NCBI RefSeq assembly: GCF_006345805.1
Contig: NC_043011.1
Coordinates: 40,436,464-40,500,463 of the forward strand
Length of the DNA: 64,000 nt
DNA from: Octopus sinensis
Taxonomy: Eukaryota
Direction: 5' to 3'
Positions 55,375 to 64,000 of the stretch are shown piece after piece. Each line of letters opens with the position of its first letter. The stretch's first letter is position 1. The notes beneath the pieces are model-generated. The model ran no database searches and was not told the origin of the DNA. It worked only from the letters and a program-made list of their open reading frames with translations. The position numbers and the translations under genes were made by a program.

Positions 55375-55710
55375 GAAGGCTCATGGCTCAGTGGTTAGAG
55401 CGTTGGTCTTACAATTATGAGGTAGTGAGTTCGATTCCCGGACAGAGCTGTGTGTTGTATTCTTGAGCAAAACACTTTATTTTCACGTTGCTCCAGTTCA
55501 CTCAGCTGTAGAAAGGAGTTGTGATGTTACTGGTGCCAAGCTGTATCGGTATTTCCCTTTCACTTGGATAACAATGGTGGCATGGAGGGAGCAGGCTGGT
55601 ATACTTGGGCGACTGCTGGTCTTCCATAGACACCCTTGCCTAGACTTGTGCCTCGGAGGGGATCTTTCCTGGTGCAATCCCATCGTCGCTCATGACAGAA
55701 GCGGGCTTTT
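55375..55710 (+). mobile_element. SINE family A, full length
   Basis: TGGCTCAGTGGTTAGAGCG A box, GAGTTCGATTCCC B box. Confidence 0.85.
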
Positions 55711-56087
55711 ATTTATGCTTAATAAAATCCCACAAATCGAATATAAACACATGCCTCACTATTTATATAGGAGAGAGAGAGAGAGTTCTGTGTGCTTCTG
55801 TATCTCTAACTGGCTGTGTGGTTAAGAAGGTCGCTTTGCAACTAGATGAATCCGAGCTTTAGCTCTCTGCTTTGCATCTTGGCTAACCGTCATCTTTTAC
55901 ACTCTCTAACCGACTAATTTCATTGAGAGTGAACTTGGTTTATCCTGTTCAGGCTATATTATTAGCATTATCCTGCGTTTGAGAATTTATATTCACTTCT
56001 TTAACTTTCTAAGACATCTCAACGCTTCTAAAGCAAACTTCGTTTGTTTGTTTACGTTCATCGAAATTTGAATTATATATATATATA

Positions 56088-56725
56088 TATGATGGCTTCC
56101 CCCTCGTTATCGGGTATGGCCATTGCACGAAGCTTAACTGTTATTGGTGTTGTGATCGAATATGACTTTTATTTGCTTTTTAAGGCTACAGCCAGCCATT
56201 CAGTTGAGACTCACAGCACCATAACAATCATGAAAAATGTTGTTATCGTGCAATGCCTGTGCAAGAAGATTTTTTAAAGTGAGGAAAGGCTGTGCACTGA
56301 GTCAATCCCACTCACTAAGCAACAGCAGCCATAATCCGAAAAGAACAAGTCAACATCATCGGTATCCACTGAGCCGCAGGTTTTATGTCGGAGTTATCCC
56401 AGTTACCTGAGTTACCGTCTCCTAGAAAGATGCCCTAACAAAGGCTAGGAGTCCTTCACTATCAATGGTTTAACCGCGCGATCGGGTATTCAGTCCGATT
56501 ATTTCTATGTCCCCGCGTATGATACAACCTTAAGCCTTAAGAAAAAAAAAACATGTAACCTAGTACAACCTGTTGCATGGTCGGGCCGTCGGTGACTAAA
56601 CCGGCAACCTCACCAAGCTTGATTGGTGAGGAAGGTGTTTATTGGACACCCTGCGGGATGAAAAATAAAACCCGTCAAAGGGCGGAGGAACTCTTGAGAG
56701 TCAACGGCCATCCAATAAATGTGTA
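56088..56725 (-). mobile_element. GC-richer repeat between TA tracts, possibly RTE 5'-derived
   Basis: Composition shift; TCTCCTAGAAAGATGCC motif loosely parallels 14860; no ORF. Confidence 0.3.
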
Positions 56726-57017
56726 ATATATATATGTATATATATATATAGATTTACATATATATATTACACATTTACAAAATTTCGGATAATCTTCTTG
56801 CTCATTACATCCCATTCGGCCTTGGGTTATAAATAGAGAACAAATTTAGAGTGGATTGTTGGTATTTGACATCTTCTAGCGTATAGGCACTGACATTTCA
56901 GCGTCTTTAATTATAGTTACATTTTTATAATTATATAATTAAAAATTCATTTTACCGGTATGGCCATTTTTTTATACGCAAGCCAGATATAATTATTTTA
57001 ATGACCATAACCTCAAT

Positions 57018-57078
<61 letters not shown>

Positions 57079-57082
<4 letters not shown>

Positions 57083-58305
57083 GATATCAAGAAAGTTCTT
57101 GCGGAATTTTTAATATTGGTTTCAAATTAATTTTCGTTAAATTACTTTGACTTTATATATCATTTTAAAACCGGTTTTTCGCTCTATCTAATCGTGTTAC
57201 TTTTTGAATAATTAGGCCATTTTGTCCTGGACGTTGAATACAACATGGACAAAAAGCAAATTCGCACAATTTTCTTATTCCAGTTCAACCTAGGCCGAAA
57301 AGCTGCTGAAACAGCTCGCGTGCGCTTGGCTCAGGAACCACTAATGAACGTACAGCACAATGGTGGTTCAAGAAATTTCATAGCGGTGACGAGAGTCTTG
57401 AAGATGATAAGCCTAGTGGTTGGCCATCGGATGTTTACAACGATCAACTAAGAGCCTTAGTGGAAGCCAATCCACGCCCAACTGTTCGAGAGCTTGCTTC
57501 TGAATTAGACGTAACGTATACAATTTCCAACCATTTGAAAGAAATTGGAAAAGCAAAAATACTTGAGAAATGGGTGCCGCACGAATTGAGCGACAGCCCC
57601 CCCCCCAAAAAAAAATGCCGTTTTGAAGTGCCGTCTTCCCTTCTTTTACGCGACAAGAACGACCTGTTTCTCGACCGGATTGTGACTTGCGATGAAAAGT
57701 GGATTCTTTACGACAACCGGCGACGCTCAGCTCAGTGGTTGGACGCCGATAAAGCTTCACGGCACTTTCCGAAGCCGAAGTTGCACCAAAAGAAAGTCGT
57801 GGTGAGTGTTTAATGGTCTGTGGCTGGTCTCATCCATTGACAGCTTTTTGGATCCAGGCGATACCATTACGGCGGAGAAGTACTGTCAGCAAATGGATGA
57901 AATGCATAAGAAACTCCGACAACAACAGTCAGCAATGGTCAATAGAAAAGGACCAATTCTTCTCCACGACAACGCTCGGCCGCACGTCGCACAACTGACC
58001 TTGCAGAATTTCAACGAATTTGGCCACGAAACTCTGCCTCATCTGCCATACTCACCAGACCTCTCGCCTACCGACTACCACTTTTTCAAGCATCTCTACA
58101 TCTTCCTGTGTGAGAAATGCTTCAAAAACCAAGACGATGCCAAACACGCCTTCAACGACTTCATCGGCAGCAGAATGCAGGATTTTACACGTTGGCAAAA
58201 GTGTGTTGATTCAGTGTTTATTTCGATTAATAACATTTTGTTGAGCCGAGATATGTGCATCTAAATTTAAAGGTTAAAAATGCAAGAACTTTCTTGACAA
58301 CCTAA
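57079..58305 (+). mobile_element. near full-length decayed mariner (cecropia/Hsmar1-like) in (TA)n
   Basis: TIRs TTGGGATATCAAGAAAGTTCTTGC / GCAAGAACTTTCTTGACAACCTAA. Confidence 0.93.
57245..58230 (+). pseudogene. mariner transposase, frameshifted
   Basis: [49 protein letters not shown]; spread over several frames and third catalytic D lost. Confidence 0.92.
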
Positions 58306-58324
58306 TATATATATATATATATAT

Positions 58325-58855
58325 ATAAATATAATCATTACAGATATAGGGTAAAGAATTATTAATTTAATATATTTTACCAAGTAGTTTCGGTATGGAA
58401 AAGAACCATATTCGGTAAAAACTTATACAAAAAGTGTTTTTATATATAATTATAACAATAATTAAGGGTTTAGCAACAAGTTACTTAACCACATACCGAA
58501 AATTTAGAAATAGCAGCCAAAAGACCGCTATTTCTTTTTCCTACAAAATCCGTCTCGACAGATAACAATATAACTTCTAAATTTTCGGTATGTGATGTTG
58601 CTAAACCCTTAATTATTATTATAATTATATACTCTTTTTTTTATTACTCTTTTTACTTGTTTCAGTCATTTGACTGTGGCCATGCTGGAGCACCGCCTTT
58701 AATCGAGCAACTCGACCCCGGGACTTATTCTTTTGTAAGCCCAGTACTTATTCTACCGGCCTCTTTTGCCGAACCGCTAAGTAACGGGGACATAACACAC
58801 CAGCATCGGTTGTCAAGCAATGCTAGGGGGACAAACAAAGACACGAACACACACA

Positions 58856-58912
<57 letters not shown>

Positions 58913-59520
58913 GACGGGCTTCTTTCAGTCTCCGTCTACCAAATCCACTCACAAGGCTTTGGTTGGCCCGAGGCTATAGTAGAAGACACTTGCCCAAGGT
59001 GCCATACCGAAACTACTTGGTAAAATTTATTAATTTATTAAATTAATAATTCTTTACCCTATATCTGTAATGATTATTTTACTCCCTGGTAACAAAATTG
59101 TGGATCTCTTTCTACGGTACTATCTTGTGACGCACATGGTAAACTTGAGGGAAATACGAATTCAGTCGTCTATATAAGTTTGGATATGCTGACTACCTTG
59201 TGTTATGTTCTGATGGCGCGTGATCAGAAATGCAAAGGGTAAGTTTTCCTAGCATTTTCAAATTTATAATTTTCGAAATATTATGTTGACAATGGAAATG
59301 AATTTTTATAATTCTAATCCAGAAACGCGTCCATAATTAATCGAAGACTGTTTGATTTAATTATTTTTCTTCTTTTTACCTATGTGTGTTACAAATATTG
59401 CTATCTGTGGAGACATATTTTGTAGGAAAAAGAAATAGCAGTCTTTTGGCTGCTATTTCTAAATTTTCGGTATGTGGTGAAGCAACAAGTTGTTAAAACC
59501 CTTAAGTATTGTTATATATA
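58325..59520. mobile_element. older fold-back element of the array 2 family, interrupted by a family-C SINE (58633-59003)
   Basis: 58330-58397 mirrors 59004-59076 and 58450-58570 mirrors 59395-59520. AAGGG.TTAG...TTAGAAATAGCAGC...GCTATTTCT shared with array 2. Confidence 0.8.
59280..59337 (+). ncRNA. decayed type I hammerhead
   Basis: ATTATG-TTGACAA-TGGA...TCCA-GAAAC-GC-GTC^CATAAT. Confidence 0.65.
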
Positions 59521-59532
59521 GTTTGTATGATG

Positions 59533-59624
<92 letters not shown>

Positions 59625-60257
59625 ATACATATACATGTGTATGTGTGTGTGTGTTGTGTTTGTTCGATCACCGCTTGACAAAGTTTGTTTACGTTCTCCT
59701 AACGTACAAGTTCAACAAGAGAGACAAACCGAACAAATATCAGGAATCAAAATAGGTATTGGGGCCGATTCCCCACCCACATTAAACCTTTCACAACGTT
59801 GCTCCAGCATGGCTGCAGTCTAATGACTGAAACAGATAAGTGATACAAGCTATAATCATTTACGCGTAGAGCTAAAATACAGTCATATCATGGCAGTTGA
59901 TGAGTTTAATCATTTAATTTGATTCTTAGAAAATAGCCATAGCTTAGTCTAATGCTATGGATTGAGGTAAAACAAAAACGAACATATCTCCTTTGATGAG
60001 CGGTTAGCAAACTTCGAAACATTTCATCAGGATCCTAATTACCAATTTTCTCAGCACAATGAAAGCATTAGAAGGAGTGTTTTTACATTCATATAACTTA
60101 CTCTCACAGCTATGCTTTCTAATATTTAAATTTATTTTAGCCTTTCTCATTCTCATTTTGTAGCGTATAATATATATCTCTCTCTCTCAATGTATACACA
60201 CACAGATACACTCACACACACGCATATATATATATATGTATGTATATTTTCTTTCTT

Positions 60258-60542
60258 TCTTGACCAGTCCATCAGATGTAGTTACACATCGCTGGTCACA
60301 ATGCGTTCGCCGTGTTTTAGCCTTCGAACGACGCCACCCCGCTGGCTAAGTGAGCCAACAGAAGAAAGAGTGGGAGAAAGAGTGGTGAAAGAGTACAGCA
60401 GGGATCACCACCCCACTGCCGGAGCCTCGTGGAACTTTTAGGTGTTTTAGCTCAATAAACACAACGCCCGGTCTGGGAATCGAAACTGCGATCCTACGAC
60501 CGCGAGTCCGCTGCCCTAATCATTGGGCCATTGTGCCTCCAC
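60258..60542 (-). mobile_element. tRNA-derived SINE, family D
   Basis: GGAGGCACAATGGCCCAATGATTAGGG A box, GTTTCGATTCCC B box. Confidence 0.75.
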
Positions 60543-60606
60543 ATGTATGTATATGTATATATTAAACTAATGACGAACCATCAAAAGTAAACCCATGCAA
60601 ATTAAG

Positions 60607-61345
60607 CTATCCACTACAGTCCTTGTAGCGCTTCATTTGTGTCCCCCTGTTGCAGTGGCCAGTTGTGAGCTCACCGTACATGATGATATGGGGTAGGCGG
60701 TGGTCTTTCATTCTGCCAACGAGCCCTACCCAACGCAGTCCTGTCTCAAGTAAAATGGCTTCCAGACTTGTGACCTTTGTTCGCTCAAGGACCTCAGTGT
60801 TGACGATGTAGCCACTCCAGTAAATGTTGAGGATGGTACAGTGGCGGCGTTGGTGAAAATCTTCAAGGAGCCTGAGATGACAGCAGTAAGGGATCCTGTA
60901 CTCAGAGCCATATAGCAGCATCGTGAGAACGATAGTCCTGTAGACGCTAACTTGTGTGCTAATCTTAAGATGCTTGTTGTTACACATGCGCTTGTACAGT
61001 CTGCCAAATGCTTTGTTAGTCTTTGCAAGTCTGTTGTCAGTTTCTTTGTCGATACTCGCATCTGAAGAAATGGTACATCCAAGATAAGTTAACTGCTGTA
61101 CCGACTTCAGTTCTGTTTCCGCAAAGTTGATGTGGGGCGAGCTGTACTCTTCCTGAGGAGCCCGTTGGTGTAGGACTTCAGTCTTTTTCAACCTTACTTC
61201 CAGCACGAAGAGCTGGACGACCTCTGCAAAGCAGGATGTGATGCGCTGCAGGGCTCTTTCTGCGTGTGCGACAAGTGTCGCATCATCTGAAAAGAGGAGG
61301 TGGTGGATCGGTTGTTCTTGAGTTTTGGAAACGACTGCCATCTAG
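60607..61345 (-). mobile_element. RTE-clade LINE, RT C-terminal part
   Basis: LLFSDD, KKTEV, TYLGCTIS, LLYGSE, LRWVGLVGRMKDHRLP, RYKD. Confidence 0.9.
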
Positions 61346-61349
61346 ACGG

Positions 61350-62125
61350 TATCTAATGTAGACGCTTTACGAAGAAAAAGAACTAGGATTGTTTTGACGA
61401 AAACGATTGACTGATCCAGGAATTATTAAAGAAGACGTCTGCCCACCAAGTACACCTGGCACAACCGCCCTGCCCAGAGAAGAAAGTGGCGTTTCGCCAA
61501 ACGCGAAGCTTTCTGCAGCGCAAACTCCCTGAAGTTCAGAATAAGTGGTAAACCAATTGCACATGGAGAACCCAGTTGTGTTCTGACTCTGGCGACTATA
61601 GGGGATTCTACAAAGCTTTCAAGGCAGTTTGCGGCCGAACACATCAAGTCTTGAGTCCCCTACGCAGCTCAGATGGCCAGGCGCTTCTCACAGACACAGC
61701 ATCCATTCTCAACCGTTGGTCTGAAAACTTTCAGGCCCTCTTCACTGCAAACCGAGTTGTTCAGCAAAACGCAATTCTCCACATCCAGCAGCATCCATTC
61801 AGCGTGGAACTAGATGAGCTTCCAGCCCTGGAAGAGACCAAATTTTCCATAGAATGGCTGAAGAGTAGAAAGACAGCAGGAGTCGATGGCATACCACCAG
61901 AGATATGGAGACATGGAGATCCTGTCATACATGCTAAACTCCACGATCTCCTTGTCGCATGCTGGAAACAGGGCAAGCTGCCACAAGATCTCCACAATTC
62001 TGTCATCATTAGACTGTACAAAAACAAAGAGGGAAAGTCAGACTGCTCAAACTACCGGGGGATCACCCTGCCTTCCAGTGCAGGAAAAGTTCTTGCAAGA
62101 TTACTCCGCAACAGACTTGCTCAGT
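61350..62125 (+). mobile_element. RTE-clade LINE, linker and RT N-terminal part, inverted relative to neighbour
   Basis: FDEND, LNRWSENF, KTAGVDGIPPEIW, LYKNKEGKSDCSNYRGITL. Confidence 0.9.
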
Positions 62126-62350
62126 CGACATACATACATACATACATTTAGTTAATAAACTAATTCTTGATTTCATGTAGTCTTTTTTTTTGCCATTGTT
62201 AATGTTTTGTCTAACTCCTGGTTACATACAACAGATCGAATAGATATGTACACAAATTCATTGCACATACATACATGCATATATATATATATGTTTTCAT
62301 TGTTTGATTTGCCTAATAGTGGTTTTATCTCTAATTTAATATAATATAAT

Positions 62351-62400
<50 letters not shown>

Positions 62401-62469
62401 CATATATACATACATGCGCATATATATATATATACATACATATATACATACATGCGCATATATATATAT

Positions 62470-63000
62470 TATATAAAATTAATGTACATTTATACACAAA
62501 AGAGGACACTTTACATGATAAATGGAACAGTCAAATCCCAAACCACGGTTAAGAGTAATTTCGAAGGGGATGAAAATAAAATCATTTTAGATAGTTACCA
62601 TTTCTACCTAGGTTTCGAACATTAATGAACAAATAAAATAATTTGTTATCCGTGTTCTTCATCAGCAAGAGCGCTAATAATCAACGTTTAATTATGTGAC
62701 AAATAAAGAGCACATGTCTCATCTTTATACGTTATAATTTTTCAAATCTACAGCGCAAGCGTAGTTATCGCCGGCAGCAAATAAAAATTTATGTGCCGAC
62801 TTTCTTCAAAAGTACTAAAATATATACAGGGTAGAGAAAATTTCTACCAGTGGTTAGCATGCATAAAATAGTCGATAGACAACATATTTCATATAAAATT
62901 AGTGTACATTTATACACAAAAGAGGTGATCCTAACAGGACACCTTACATGCTAGAAGGAACAAACAAAGCCCAAACCACGGTTAAGAATAATTTCGAACA
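62470..63000 (-). mobile_element. partial tandem element (~420-bp unit, ~1.25 copies) with hammerhead
   Basis: TATAAAATTA.TGTACATTTATACACAAAAGAGG at 62472 and 62892; starts at (TA)n. Confidence 0.75.
62601..62670 (-). ncRNA. type I hammerhead, weak stem I
   Basis: CTGATGA-AGAACA...AACAAAT/ATTTGTT...TGTTC-GAAAC-CTAG-GTA. Confidence 0.65.
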
Positions 63001-63243
63001 CACATACAAAATTATATTAAATTAATTAACTCAAAACTCTGCATAAAGCATTACCGGTAATGTTTAAGAAAAGACGAAAGAAAGTAGAATATTAATGCTG
63101 TTTTTTTCTTTGTCCTTTATATTTTTTAAAACTTTTTATTAATGGTCGGAAGAGCCTTAACAAGGAATCATGTCCTTAACGCGGGTAATCCTTTGTTGAT
63201 TCTAATACTCTCTCATTCTTTCACGGTGATAAACTTTATATTG

Positions 63244-63303
<60 letters not shown>

Positions 63304-63336
63304 TTATTTATTTATATATTTATATATATATATATT

Positions 63337-63371
<35 letters not shown>

Positions 63372-64000
63372 TTATGTATATATATAAATACTATATGTAT
63401 GTATTTGTGTGTGTGTGCATATATATGTATGTATATATAAATATTACTAAAATATATATTAGTTTCATATATATGCTTATACACGTATACGTGTACACAC
63501 ATATATGCTCATATAAATACATACACGTATACATGCACACACACACACACACACACACATACACACATACACACATATATATTACTATGAATGTCCGAAT
63601 AGTCTCCAGAAGACCATAAACGTGATTCCTTCGAACCTGTTTGTAATAGCATATCATTTCAGGGAACATGATCCAAACGGAACTAAGAAAACATTGGATT
63701 ATTTGTTCTGCTCAGTCACCGATAAGTTTTATGCGATATCTGGTTGAGATAATAAAGGATTAAACTTTGATAGTTTATTGATTCCATGCAATGTTATTTT
63801 TCCACGCTTGACTGATTGGTTTTTACTATATGGATTAACATGGGAGAGATTTGAGAGGGCAGTGTATATCTAGTATTTTATTTTTGAACGATCTTGTGTG
63901 TTAATTAATCTGCTGTTATGGTTTTCTATAAAACCTGTAATCATTATTATTTGTTTAATTTCCAATAGAGACCTCTTAAATTTGAAAACTATATCCTACA

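Noticed and set aside
55375-55450. tRNA-like sequences at SINE heads
   Set aside because: They continue into SINE bodies and lack a full cloverleaf.

Overview
AT-rich, microsatellite-dense eukaryotic DNA with no recognisable host exon. The SINE/microsatellite make-up resembles octopus genomes, though the species is my inference. Almost every listed ORF is a microsatellite artefact. Identifiable content is tRNA-derived SINEs of at least four families, RTE LINE fragments, decayed mariner transposons, Penelope-like element (PLE) fragments and a 100-N gap. The main observation is a set of non-coding, ~150-820 bp units, most inserted in (TA)n tracts and most carrying a recognisable type I hammerhead ribozyme (HHR) with a palindromic minimal stem III and often a long stem II. 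Two form large palindromic tandem arrays: 7.7-13.7 kb (about 5+6 units of ~533 bp) and 34.9-39.4 kb (about 4+4 units of ~543 bp). Several smaller or older copies (16.4, 25-26.5, 47.2 and 58.3 kb) and a PLE RT fragment (15.6 kb) share the same fold-back polarity, with RNA 5' ends meeting in the centre and 3' ends facing outwards. This suggests a retrozyme-like system copied from circular or multimeric RNA by priming from both sides of a (TA)n break. All alignments and folds were done by eye; none was computed.
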